Shown piece after piece: positions 20,205 through 33,908 of a stretch of 58,928 nt of DNA. The DNA is from Catajapyx aquilonaris (Eukaryota), in contig JYFJ02002339.1 in NCBI GenBank assembly GCA_000934665.2, positions 1 to 58,928 of the forward strand, given 5' to 3'. Both the position numbers and the translations under genes were made by a program. Below the pieces are notes generated by a model. The model was not told where the DNA came from. It ran no database searches and saw only the letters and a program-made list of their open reading frames with translations. Each line of letters begins with the position of its first letter. Position 1 is the first letter of the stretch.

Positions 20205-22464
20205 ACACTCACATAACTGCACATTTCGCAACAATTAAAGGGGAACTTGTGAATAAAATTAATTTTTCAGCTCTTGTCCACCTGAGCCATAACAACAACT
20301 CGTGAGGTGTGTTTCTAATTACTTAGCAGCACGGTTCAATTGCGTAATTGTCGAAAACGCAAACTGTGTTCAGGGGAGGGTATACGACCGCGTAAGCACA
20401 TTACAGTGTTTACCCAATCGCAATGTTGCTCCCATGGGAAGATTCCGGTTTGCAAATTTGTCCAATGGATAAACAAAGCCAACGCACTGAACGGCGGATG
20501 GACAGGCCGTCTATATACTGTAACTGGCATTTTGGAGAGAGAGAGAAAAAAAATTGGACATTTAATGATGTGTCTCAAGCTTGAAGAAAATATCAGGTAG
20601 TTTGTTTGTTTGTTTGTTTGTTTCCTCAGCCATTGGACTGCGGTGTGTTATACTCCAGTAGTGTCCGCTTTCCATCTTTATAGGAATTGATCAGCAGAGT
20701 ATACGGTGGTTGCATGATAGGTGTGGGTTGGGATCTCCTAAGGACAGTGTGGGATTTGGGTGTTTTGGGATGAGATCTGGGAGGGGGGAAAACACATTGG
20801 TGTGTGAAAAGAGAGGACGTTGGAAAGAGAGAGGGGGGCGCGTTCAATTTACTGCCTGCTGGCTTCTTTGTTCCTGGGGATAAATCTGTCAAGGGCGCCA
20901 CTTTTCACCTCATTGCGTGCGGACACTAGAGGCAGGGCCGAAGCCAACTGGACTATACCAGGTGACTGACTGCCAGCAGGGAATATAAAAGGCAGCCAGC
21001 CAGCCAGCCAGCCAGCAAGCCCTGTGGTCTGGGATACCCCCGCAACTCTCCAGTACACAGCATAGTATACAGTGTGGTATATACAGACCGTCGCTCTTTC
21101 CACCCGCAGAACCAAACCGTCAGGTTCGAGCATCTCAATGAATCATGAATTCTCGGGGAAAAGCAGGGCTCTGAAGAAATTCTGCAAAAGCAAGTTGAAA
21201 CCGGAGGCTTGCGAGTTGTTGACGAGATTGGCTCAAGGCTTGCCGAAGTTTAATGGGATTAAGTGCATCGGGTGAAGCTCGATGAAAATGCAAAGTGCTG
21301 AGGGTACAGAGGCTGTTTTTGGCAAATGTCGTTCACCAAGACTGACAGATGGCGCATCCACCCTCTCTGTACACCCCTGCCACTCTCAGTACATGTGGGA
21401 GAAAGTAGTACTATCACCTCGGACAAACAAATTGAAAAAGAGACAGCCGATGATGCTACCTAACACATGTCTCTGCCAATCATCGTTGACCACTACACGT
21501 ACCCATGTAAATAAAGTATCTCAGTAATTCTTTCTTAATGAAAGGGCGTGGGTGTATTCATGCCAAGTTCGACAACGGATCTCGTTATTTTATTATGCTG
21601 ATCGCCCCCCGAAACTTCACAGATATCGCCATTTTGGACAGAGTTCATCATAATCCATCACTATTACTCGCGGTAAGGTGATTTGGCGTGTGACTGACTT
21701 AATAGTAATGCGCCCCGCGTTTTAATTAATTTCTGATGTGACAGCCATTTGCTAAATTGGTAGTGCAGGTCAATATTGGAGAGTATTGCAATAACCCCTA
21801 TTAGAGGGCATGCTCTTCACAACAACCGGATCAAAAAGCCATCCAATAGTGTGGCTGTAGAGAATCATTATACACTATAGTAGTAGCTGATATAAGCTAG
21901 CCAACTGTATACCAAATAGCGAAAATCATTATCAATAGTTGATTTTAGCTGCTTCAACTCTGGCCAGTTCATTGAGTTAAATGAACCCTGATAATGATAT
22001 ATGGAGTAATTAGCACAAATAAGTTTTTGGAAGCAGGGTAAGGGCTGGGTTCTATTCAACTTTGTCGATGTAAGTTATGAATAGACAATGGAGGACTGCT
22101 GGGTTGTGATATCCGTGGCAGTGTCGTAGCTGCCAGTTGCTCATTTTGCAGGAGCAATGTTCACTTTCACAAACTGCGCCGCTTGGTTTTTTTTAGGAGT
22201 AGTCCAAAGTTGCATTGTCATTTTGCGAGAGGTTGGTTGTATAAGCAAAAAGTCGCCAAGAGAAACTAGCCTGACAAAGAGAATGCCGTAACAGTACCAG
22301 CACTTTGTGCTCTGTGTAACAACTGTGCTGCAATGAAAGGGAAGTATGTTGATTTTAGCTCTAGACAACAACCAGACCCCCAGGTAGGTGCTTGCATTTT
22401 GCAAATTGAGCCTACAGCAGCTCTAATGTGAGGGTGCATACACACTCAAATTATTTACTGAGAA

Positions 22465-22683
22465 GTACTATAACACGCAAAAAGATTGTCGCACCCGTGT
22501 GGTGTTCGCCACTTTTTTGTTTGCCCTCCTGCCGCAAGGGTCGTTGACGGATGACTGCGTTTGAGGTGATTGGGCGTAGAAGCAAACACTGTCATCCGGG
22601 AACGACAATTTCGGCAGGAGACTACAAAAAGTCGCGGACACCACACGGATACAGTGCGACAATCTTTTTGCGTATTATAGTAC
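22465..22683. mobile_element. Foldback MITE, ~100-bp imperfect arms, TA-flanked
   Basis: GTACTATAACACGCAAAAAGATTGTCGCAC... pairs with ...GTGCGACAATCTTTTTGCGTATTATAGTAC; pairing continues to a ~19-nt loop. Confidence 0.75.
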
Positions 22684-25674
22684 ACAACTGTGCTTGTGTT
22701 AATTAGTGTAATCCCCCCTCCCCCCCCCCCGAATATTTAGCACAGTACATTGTACTCAACAAAGTCTGCAGGAAAGAGGATTGTGGCCCCCATTCTTGGA
22801 TTATGTATCAGGTATAGCGATCGATTGAATTTCGGCAACCCCATTAATTAGTAGTCGACCACGCCCCCCCCCCCCCCCCAGCCCACCCTACTAACCCCCT
22901 TTTTCCCCAGCCATGTTCGGCAATGCTGGACCCTACCAAAAAGTCACGATAAGAGTAGGTGGGTTTGGTTCCACCCGCAGAAAACCTGTAGGATCAATTT
23001 GTTCGCGTTGATTAATGGCATGCGAGGCATTATCGGGGTTTTGAGAGGGTGGGGGGGAGAGGGCTCCTTCTCCTCCTTCCCCCTTTTTTTAAAAAAGAAG
23101 AAGAGGGTGGCAAGACTTTGGTGGCGAGAAGCGAACCCTCCTCTTGCTGACGGGGCAGATGAAAGTGACGCTGAAAGAAGGATTATGTTTTCCTGGCGGG
23201 GATATTTGTCTTGGGATTCGAGGTCTCTGGTCCCAACGGCTTTGGACTGATGGACTGCCCTGTTGGAAAAGGGCTCTCCTGATGGATCGGACCAGGACGT
23301 GGGAGGAGGAGGAGGGAGTCTGAAGCTTTATCTCCTGGGCGATAGACCTTCTATTCCGAGTTGTGCGAATCAAAAGAACGGGTCTGAATCGGAAGGCAAA
23401 GTTGGGAGAATTGACGTGGCTTGACGCTCAGGATGAGACAGACGGTGGGCATTTGTCTTTGCTGAAGTGGTCTGTGGTCATTATCCTGAAAGTATCTGCA
23501 ACCTGCCTGCTCTTCTTGCTCGTTGGGTTGACTAATTGGCAGGAGCAAAACTGAGTGGAATTTTACATCCAAAAATAATCATGCTACTAATCCCCTTATT
23601 CTCTCCGTCTGCTTATAGTGTCCTTGTTGACTCCTCTCCTATATAGGTAGTATAGTTAGACTTACCATAGTTTCCACTTTCCCCGTTCAACAATTAGAGA
23701 GGGTTGGACCCACTCCAATTGGTGCGAGACACCCTAGTGGGCTTTGTCCGCGTGGTGACTCGTCACCAACGTGCATGTAGTACTACTTTCGCCATGAGAG
23801 TGGCAGCAGTGTGCAGATTGGTGCGCCAACTGGTAGAGGCCTATGTACTACGTCCAAATGGAGGGAGGAGGGCAACGTTGCCAAAATTTGGGAACGAGTC
23901 GGCTAAGACATAAATTCCACATTTCCCATACGGTATGTGTTTGGTAGTGCTGTGCAACAACTGTGAACAGCAAGAGTTTCGTACAAGTTCCTCCAGGTTG
24001 TTTTGAAGTATTGACTGGAGCATATGCGGAAACTTCGAAAATGTCTACTAATTAAATTCTAACTTTAAGAGTAGGGAAAGTCTTCCGATCTGAATCCGCA
24101 ACCTCAGGCACTTTCCATTTCCACAAAATCATATATTTTTTTGACACTTATTTAAAAAAAATTAAAGTACCTGCCGGTACCGGGTAACTTGAACCACAAA
24201 TATCGGGGTTCCAGCCAGTTCCGATTACCGTCCAATTTGCAAGGGAATATCGCACGTCGCTTGCGGTCCGAAATCCTCCCCGGACACAGAGCCCCCGGAA
24301 CCAGCCCCCCGGAACATTGTTGAGGGTAGAGGGTATAGGGATGGGGGGGAGGGGACGAAGTCCTCCCCTACTTTTCGGCCACCGCCGTAAATTAATCCCT
24401 GGCTAGAATTCGATTAGAGCTATTTGAATTGGGTCTTAGGTGCTATCAAACTAGCCCTATTAATACTCAGATTTCAACCAGTAACGTAACCAGCTTCCCA
24501 ACGCCCCTCTGAGCACCTCCCCCCAATATTAAAAGCCCCGCAGGCACCAAAAGGGGGTGATATAAGGGCACGTCGCGTCATTAAGCCTAACCTGCTTCCA
24601 AAATGCTATTAGTTAGCCCCGACTTATGATTATAATAATTATTAAACCGGTTATTGCAGGCGATACCTCCGGGCATGACAACAAAAATGCAAATTTTTAG
24701 ACAGTTTGCAGTTTTATTAAGTACTATACAGTAGCGGACCTGTTGCCAAATTTTGGAAACACTGCTTGGCCCAGTGTAGGTGCGCACTGGATTGCGCTCG
24801 TGAAAAAAATCATACAATGTAGAAAGTTTCAAAAACAATTAGAGTTTATATTATTTTTTTGGAATATTTACTACCACAATTTTTTGTTATATTGATTCGG
24901 CAACAATAGAATCATGTGTAAGCATTGGTATGATCGATCGTGAACTGAAGAGGGTTGTTAAAAGGGGGGAACCTGCAACGCATTGCAGTGGCGCAAAAAT
25001 TTTAATCTTGGACTGCTGGGGGTATGACCCACCGGCAATTTTCTCTGGGGCCTCCCCGCTTTTCTCGCGCGAAATATTCGCGAATTCCCGCCACTTATCC
25101 TGGGTCGGGTATAGCCCCGGTATCATGCTGCAACGCGGAATGGAAATAAAGAAATTTTGTGAGTTGAAAGGGGGGTTATATGGTTGGTATGGGGGGGGGG
25201 GGGGGNAGGATGTCAGGGTTTTTGAACGTGGCAGTCATTTCCCCGGACGCGACTGGCAAGAGTCAACATTGTTGGGGTCGGATGTGCAAAGTCTCCTGGG
25301 GACTGCCAGGCGAAGAATCTCCATGTAAACACCACCGTATCCTGCGAAATGTTTACCCCCTCTTAATTCCAGTCCCCGGATTTTATGTCTCCATCCCCCG
25401 ACCCAATTCAAACCCAAACTCCGGGCGTTTTCCTCCCAGTAATATTCGAAGGCGTCCCAACCCCCGGAAACCTGCCTCCTACTGTACGTATTAAGCCATA
25501 TTGACACAAAAAAACAGCTGAAATTACAACGATTTTTCTCAGAAATATTCGTGTGAGGATACTACACCACTGTTGTTGACAAAGCAGGTAGCTTCCTCCC
25601 AAGTCCGCCTCCTGACATAAGGACGCCATCTACCAGCTACTACAGCCACTCATAGAGTAGTTTAATTGAAACAA

Positions 25675-25788
25675 CTTTACTGCTCAACGAAATGGCGGCA
25701 GAGTGCATCTCGCCGTGGCAAAACCACAATAACGTACATTCCCCCTGCGGCGCCACTCCGACTCCCGCCATTTCGTCGCGTAGTAAAG
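25675..25788. mobile_element. Degenerate MITE-like inverted repeat
   Basis: CTTTACTGCTCAACGAAATGGCGG...CCGCCATTTCGTCGCGTAGTAAAG. Confidence 0.5.
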
Positions 25789-27462
25789 ATCAGCTGATTG
25801 TGTGTGCACTTTTCCTATGATTAATCACAGCTTTGTACACATGTACAGTGTAAGCCATACCTCCTTATGTATAGGTAAAATACAGCCCACTCGCTGGTGC
25901 CTCTATCGAGCAGAATCCGAAACAAATGGCCCGTAACCGCCCGTAAAAATAAAAAAAATAGAGAGTAGAGGAGAGCAGTTCGATCACATCTTCGCGCCGC
26001 ACCCGGATAAATGCCAGCAGACAAGGGGCATTTACCATTATTTCCCCCCCCCGAAGCTGTCCCCATATTTCCCGGAGTTGGGGGAAATTTACGAGGCTGG
26101 CAGATGGAGGATTTTGGGTGGTTTGGAGAGAGAGTTGGGCGGGGGAGGAGGTTTAAAGGGTCGAGGGGAGACTATACCGCGTGTCCGGCTAAAGTTAGAC
26201 CCAAAACCAACCGGATTTTCGGGAGGGGCTTGACTTTCGACCTATTGCTACCATGGATAAGCCTTGGGGGCCACACAATCGGCTTTTATTTACGCGCGCC
26301 ATTAGGGTAATTGCAGTTCAAAAGGCAGTTTATGATTGAACCCAACCTCCGGCGTATCATGGCTCACGAAACTCGAAGAATTACTGGGGTGGGGTGGGAG
26401 GGGGCTCTAGACATGTTATGAAGGGTTGGGAGGTAAATGATGGTCCGTAGAGAAACAATTTCGTGACTCGGCATGATTGCATTACTGCGGAAGCATGATC
26501 CATACTATACGGACCCGACCTTTGCGCCAGAAAGATAGAAATATTAAGACTGTCTTGCTTGGTAAGGAGGCTTTTTTATAGTTATTATTTAGTATGGAAG
26601 GAAATATGTTTGAACAGATTGCGCGCTGCAGGGCATCGCTGGACAGGTTTTTAATTAATGCCTTGTTTTGATGCGATGGATTAATTCAGCATGAATGATG
26701 CTGTGTTACATGAGCTGACACATTTTTATAATTAGTTTTCTACTCGCGTGTATAGGCCCATGAATATACGTAGGCATCAACTTAGGCCCTGGAAAATTTT
26801 ATAGACCTGCAAAACTAGTTCAAAGCTATAAGCTAAATAAAACATTTGATTATATTCTATTTGCATTATATTATGAGAGGCTTTCCTTATACTTAAAAAT
26901 CAGTTTAAAAATATGTACGGCGAATTAAAATTGCAACCATATCATACATTGTGCTATGCATTAGCAAATATAGCCTACACAAGTTAAATAATGTACTAAA
27001 TTTGATATGCAATGCCCTCTTAATTTACTGTAATAACACTAATACAAATTTTGCCCTGCTGCACAACAACGTTATTAAACGGTGATCATTTCTACCGAAT
27101 ATTAGCAGCTGATAAGTTGATAACCATTTAAAGTATAACTGCTACAAAATAATATTAATTCCAACAAATTGCCATACAAGTATTTTGGATCATTCTGTAT
27201 ACACATAGTTTTTTTCTTCTTCCTTTTCTAGACACCTCTGCATGGTGAAAGTGACTTAAAGTGAAAGAAGGAAAAAAAGTCGAGCGGTTTCAATTTTGAG
27301 TCCCTCCGGTAGTAAGGCGTGCCGATAGGACTTTCTATGGTTTCCATGAGCAACAGCAGCGGGATCCTTCAGGCCTATTTCGTGAGCTGGATGATACGTA
27401 ACAAGCCTTGGCGCCAAAATGCCTCGGGGAAAAACAGTATCGGAGGAGAAGGGTAAGGGGTA

Positions 27463-27495
27463 AGAGAGAGAGAGAGAGAGCGAGTGAGAGAGAGA
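27463..27495. repeat. (GA)n microsatellite / GAGA-type tract
   Basis: Direct reading; a similar (CT)n tract lies at ~49519-49539. Confidence 0.8.
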
Positions 27496-30400
27496 AAAAA
27501 AGAGTGAAGTCTGCTCTAACTTTCAATTATGAGACAGTCAATATGAGAGATGTGGCCGAAAAGGATTACAGGCGGACGTCGAAGGGAAGACCAAAGATGG
27601 ATGGAATTTTCAGCGACTCTAGTTAAAAAAATGGAGGTATCATGTATGGTTCACTTATCCCATGATTGATTGGAAAGCTGGCAGGACAATGACAGACTTG
27701 ATACTTCTATCAGCTTGAAAGTCAACTCGTCTTTTTTTTAAAGAGTGTTCTCTGTTGGATTAAAAGATTTGACGCAATTGAGGACTTCACATCAAAAACC
27801 TGATGTGTCACATGAAAACTGCATGGTATGAAGTGGATTAATCTTACATACGAAGGCGATTTAATTAGAATTTACACGACTTGGTAATTTAGTGTTAACT
27901 AAATAGCTTTGTTGACTACATGTTCCAAATGCATGTCTTTGCCCCCCCATGCATACAGTTTAAATCAGCCAAATGTTACTTAGCAAGTTCAGGATGTGAG
28001 GTGTTCAATTATTCCATTTCGGGTCACAACGTTTGCATGCATCATTTTCTTCCAGCAGAGTTGATATACAGGATGAATAGCATGCACTGTCACAGACCGA
28101 ACCAGCTATCCATCACTGTATCCATGGGGCTGGGTGCGGTTGTTTTAATCTTGCTCACCCCGCATTCAATTTAGCTCGCAAATCATATCTTAGATAATCG
28201 CGCCGTATATATATACACCGAGGTTTATTCCGTAATTATATACCCGCCTCCACATGTCATTATACCCGGATTTATATGCACAGTGAATTACGCGTTTGGA
28301 CAGGCCGGCACTCGCATGGCTTCCAGATTATAAAGCCAGCCCCAGACTTATCTTTCGTGTTGTCCTACATAAAGGCCTGGCGGATTCCTTTCGTCACATT
28401 AAATTCCGCCATTATGGACCCATTTAGACAGCGGCCCGCACATCATGCTCCTCATTCATTTGCTCCTCTGTGTTAAGCCATAACATTACGCTTGTTTTGC
28501 CGGATTACATGACTGTTTTGGACCAAACCCACATTTGCTTTACACAAAGATGGAGGGTCGGATGATATAGTAAATGTGGAGACCACATGAGCAACATTTC
28601 TACTGACTTGGAGTGTCTTCTCCCCAATTTTTATCCCCCCCCCCCACCCACTAATGAAATCATGTGAGCTCACCCGAATTGCATTGACATTCAAGTCCAC
28701 AGGCGTTATCAGAACATTATTCGCTACGGTGGCTTACTCCTTTCAATTGGAAAAAAAAAATCCCCTCACCCAAAAGCATCCTTCACGCCGCCAAAGTCCC
28801 TCACAATAGTCTCCGTTTTCTATAGCCGAGGGAGAAAGACGAGAAAAAAAACTCGGTTCAGATAGACCTCGCGTCTGTTTATAGTTTGAAACCCGTTTTT
28901 GTGCAGCGAGGTTAGCATGCACTTGCTTCACTCGTCATGTCGCGTGGTAAGTTCCTGACACGAGAAAAGGAATCCTCCGTGATCCAACCAGCCCTGAATT
29001 TTCTCGCAGATCGAATAATAACACACGGCTGCTTGTATACGTATATAAAAAAGGAAGAGTAGTAGGTGGAGATGTGGAAGGTGGGGGGAAAGAAAATGTC
29101 GGAATAATCATCCCTAAATCCGTGCGGAGCGATCTGGAAATTATTCATCCCATTATGGAAGCAGCACGGAAGCCGCCGTGCGTGTGGCGTCCCTCCCGTG
29201 ATTAATGCAAAGCTTGGCTCCCAGCGCACGTCATTGGTTTAAACGATGCCACGCCCCTACGTCTACCCAAGTCTCCCCATACCACACATACATGGGGTGG
29301 ATCTAGCAATACCACCCCCATTTTACTCGATATGCGTGGCTTACCTGCCTTGCAACCATTATCTAGAAGCTGGGAGAGTGACAATGGTCACAGCGAATTA
29401 GCAGTTGTCGCCAATCGTTAAGAAATTATTAAATTTCAAACGAGAGTGGCCATTTTGCATAAATTTTATGCGACAGAAATATGGTTTTAAAGAGAAAGTG
29501 AATTCGCAACATTTTAGCGTGAGCGAGAAGTCAACAACTTGTTCTCGCGAGTTGTGAGCGCCATTCTAGCCCCCACGATGTATCTCCACCTTGGAGTGGT
29601 GGTGGGGGCTTGTGTTTCTCCCATGACTCCAAGAGCTATGCCGGCGGTAGTGTCTTCTGGAAGGGCCACCCTAGCAATTTAGGAGACACCAGTCTTTCCT
29701 CTCTTCTAATCGTTTTTCTCGCCATCTGTTCCACCTTTGCATCTTCTTATAGCCAGATATAGCCATAGTTGGCTTCTTCCTACCAAACCAAACATTCCAG
29801 CAGTCCTTTTCTGTTTCTGCATAGGAATTGAATAAATATTTAAAACCTTCGTTTTTAAACTCATCGCCTAATTTTCCCCCGGATGGAAAAGCGTGCAATT
29901 TTACCTCGAAGGTCTTTCACCGCAATCGTCTGGCTCACCACGCAATGCATTGTATATACACCCGACATAACATCACGTCAAGAAACTGCGGCGTGTAATC
30001 CATCCCCCTATGCGTTATTACGACTCGGCGTACTCGACAGGACTGTTATGCAGGTTCCCCAAAAAGTGCATGTTGATATAACTGTATATCAACGCCAAGC
30101 CATATCGCCATTCACGCTTTTTCTAGGGAGGGAGGGCCCCCTTGATTTACGAGCTGTATTATAGCATGGCGTGCAGCATTGTTACGAGGCAACCCCCACC
30201 GAAAAAGAGCTACACGTAATCGCAAGGGAAATCGGAGAGAGGCTCTGAAGCCGCGAAAATGCTCACCTCTTCCACCCANCCAAAGGAAAAAAAAAACCAA
30301 CCAGCGATTGAATGTCAAGGGCTGTTCTGGACAGGTCGCAAAATCGTGACGAGACGCACTAAACGTCTAGTGGGAAGGCACGTAAATTAACACCTCGAGC

Positions 30401-33400
30401 ACGTGTCGATTAAAAGCAAGCCGCGTTTGGCAAGTTATCGCAGGGCCTCAGGTCACGCGACACAATGCACTTTGATTCGGGCAAGGGTGAGGCAACAATG
30501 GGGGGCCGTGGCTTTTTGGCTGCTGGCATAATAACCAAACACGATGTTCCGTCGGGAAAAGGCTATACCTGGCATCACCCCCCCTCTCTTATAACTGGCT
30601 ATCCATATTTCAAAGCTACCGCTGCTCGAGACTGATAGCGGGGTTACATTTTGATCCAGACTTGGGCTCAGTCACGTTTTATGATAAAGACGTCGTGAAA
30701 CTCGGCTCGCCAAAGTGTTGCTGTCACAGCGGAAAAAGAAGATCGGAGGTGCCTAGGAGAATGGTACATATTTGCATGCGCCGTGGTTTGAACTTGATGT
30801 AAGCTCACGTTGGCGTTGATGAATCGCACTTAAGGAGAAGAAGAGATCCTCTGATGTAACATCTACAATATTAGATTTTTTTGCGATTTTTTTAAAAGAA
30901 GGGATTCCTTCTGATAGTTGGTGCGAGTTTAAATTGGATGGTAATAATTAAAGGGTTGTGACAGGGGAGGAAAATTATGCTGTGGCTGCAATCCAAAACG
31001 TTGACACTTTGGTCACATGGGATTTAATCTGGGCGTCGTTTTTTTTTTTTTGAGGACGCTGGACTAATAATTTGTTTGAGGGCCTTTCACCGTTCTTCAG
31101 CTTGGAAAGCCGCATAAATAAGTTGGGGAAATGCGGAGGTGGGAAAATCCTTAAACGGCTTAATCCAGTCACGCTCCAACTGGACTGTGTTGTACTTTAT
31201 AGTGTTGGCTTATAGTAACATGCCCATAAATGGCGCATAAATTTTTGGAGGGCAGAAAAAAAGGGGCGGTCATTTTACGCTAGAGTATGGGAAGAGTGTA
31301 ATCGTCAGTATTTTATAAAGGGCAATTTGCGAATGCGTGGAATATAGGTTGATGTTAGTTGTTGCGCAGAAATTAATAGGCAGAAACAAGCCCTTTATTA
31401 TTGCAACTCCATTATAAATAATTAATGTTGTCCTTGAGCTATATTAAATTACTGCTGCGTATAGTACATGTTGTATTATATGACGTTCTGATGTGCCTAG
31501 AGTCAAGTTCATTGTGGTAACTAAATTCAGAACAATTTTGTTGAATTTAGTGATAGCCAATATAACAATTTAAGAACAATATTCTACATAATCACAACAC
31601 TATTTTTTGCTAGTATACCGTATAACACTGTTGTTCCCAGGCGATCTTATTTCTGGATGTACTACTGTATACTCTTTTGATTTGTACAGTTTCTTTCATC
31701 GCGCCATATGCTACCAAATCAGTGTAACGCAGGAAAATCCGGAATTAATAATGAATTTCCTGGCCATTAATTTTGGCCTTAACTAACTCGGAAGTGGGTG
31801 TCCTAATTTCCAGCAGCTCAATATTTAGTTAAGCCCCCCGCAGCAGGAGCGAAAATGTAATTTTTATTCAATGGCCAAAAAAAATTCACATTCACATACA
31901 GTTTCCAGCCTGCAGTTATATGCAGCCAAGCTATAATGACCCAAATAATGTTCTCTGCCCCAGTTAAGTTTGGACACATTTGAGCAAACCATACAGCTGT
32001 AGAGTTCAGCGAATACGTATAGTGTGCTTAAGCAATACATCACTAACGATTCATTGACTGTCCCAATATGACCATTAAGTTCGGATTGCGCCTGTATTTC
32101 ATTGCTTCGAAGAAAACATTTCCCTTTATTTTCTTCAGTCGAGTAAGTGTTGGAGAAGGACGGTCAGTTGGTTGGAAAGGTATAGGTAGAGAGAAGGGTG
32201 GTTTTTTGGAAAGCTTCGGGATGCATGGGGCTTGTAAATTGGCCCATACTTTTTATTTCCACGCTGGGGAGAAATAGGCAAGCCGGTGGCCTGGGAGAAA
32301 ACGTGCTCTAGTCTAGATCCAAGGCTCACTACTGCCCCCAACGGGGACTATCTATTACCCGCTGCCCTTACACCCAGGCCATGGTGTCGGCTCCCTATCT
32401 ATTTATGGGCCTTTTAGCCCCTCTTGCACCCCCCACCCACTCACCTATAGTCACCCACCTGAAAATATATACAGTATATAAGCCTTAGGGGGCATGGCCC
32501 TAACCTTTAGCTTTCCAGCTGGCTTACCATTGAAGTAGGTCCGGATAAAACTATTGCATTTGGGTCGATTTTTATTCGCATCACCCAGCAGTTGCTCTAA
32601 AATAAAATCATGAGAACAATTACGCAACCTGCACCATCGGAAAATTCCAGTCGGCTTTAGAATGCTCGGGAGCAAATGGCTTGGCGAACACGTTCTGTCA
32701 GGCGAGAATCCATTATTGTCCCTCTGGGGTTGGGTTGGAGCATGGTTTTTAAGTGTTGGGTCCTGCCAGCTAGAGACGCTTAAAGAACAATCAAGGAGCC
32801 CTCTGTTTTTCCCCTCCTCTCCTGTATACACACACCGGAACCACGAGAGACCGAGCAAGTCTCTTTGATTTACATGTTTGCGGATGACACCATGGCACCT
32901 CCCAAGATATTAATGGCGGCACGCACATTCCTGCACCAAGAGGTTTGTTTCGCTGCTCCTTCCGGAATGTAAACAGCAGGACGAGCCAGAACCTAATGTG
33001 TTGGGCAAACCCACACTTCTGATGCACCCTGTATACGTATATATTTTTTCACGAACAACCGCACCTGGGCTGATGGGACAACAACTTGCAACAGTAAGCA
33101 AAATGTTTCTGACTAATGAAGCCGAACTTTTCTGGCCGAGGCGTCTTTCATTGTCGGAATGTTGCTCGAGTGCCAGAAAGAGATTACGGTATGCCAAAAA
33201 GCAGGCGGTAAATTAACCCGACCGGTTAGTGTTATTTACAACAGGCTGACTTGGCATATGGAAGGGACTGGTAGTGCGGCCAGGTGGAGAAATGGGCGTG
33301 TAAATTAGAAGGAAAAACATCGAGCAAGAATTCACACGTGCACTGCAGGCAAAGGGTGCTTCGGATGATGGTTATATTGCTTTGGCTATTAGCAAGACTG

Positions 33401-33877
33401 CAATGCGTGAGGCTCAAAACGTTTATGATTACACATTATACCGGTTGTGTGACTCAATACGTCAGTCTAAATTATGAAATTACCCGTAATTAGTCGTAAT
33501 GTGGAATCACCACCTCTGATATAATAATAAATTTGAGGAGAAATATTTGTGTTAAATTTATGGAATGTATAGCGTGATTCAGAGCTATCACATCCGCTTC
33601 TTAATTTGGTCTGAAAAGGAGGATTTGATGTTCCACGACAAGATCAGAGGCTGTTGAAAACATCATCGAGAAGTAGGGAAGTAATTGTTGGAAATAATTG
33701 GAAAAGTGTTGGACTTTTCCTTCGTCATTTCTTGCGCACTAGTTTCTTTCGAGGGTGCACTGTACAGTCTACTTCTCGTTATGGCCAAACTAAAAACAAG
33801 TGTTCCAAAGTACCGGTATAGGAATACTGTACTACCTTGTGATATATGAAAGGAAGGAGCGTGGACAGATTACAAAA

Positions 33878-33904
<27 letters not shown>
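33878..33904. repeat. (TA)n microsatellite
   Basis: Direct reading. Confidence 0.9.

Positions 33905-33908
<4 letters not shown>

Noticed and set aside
22116..22140. TGGCAGTGTCGTAGCTG resembling miR-34, overlapping AGCTGCCAGTTG resembling miR-22
   Set aside because: The 3' part diverges and no complementary star arm lies at precursor distance; only a tiny local hairpin.
22924..22953. smORF MLDPTKKSR resembling tarsal-less/mille-pattes peptides
   Set aside because: Lacks the LDPTGxY motif and is not repeated.
23089..23572. GC-richer segment with several overlapping ORFs
   Set aside because: No recognisable domain, no consistent frame and no splice structure.
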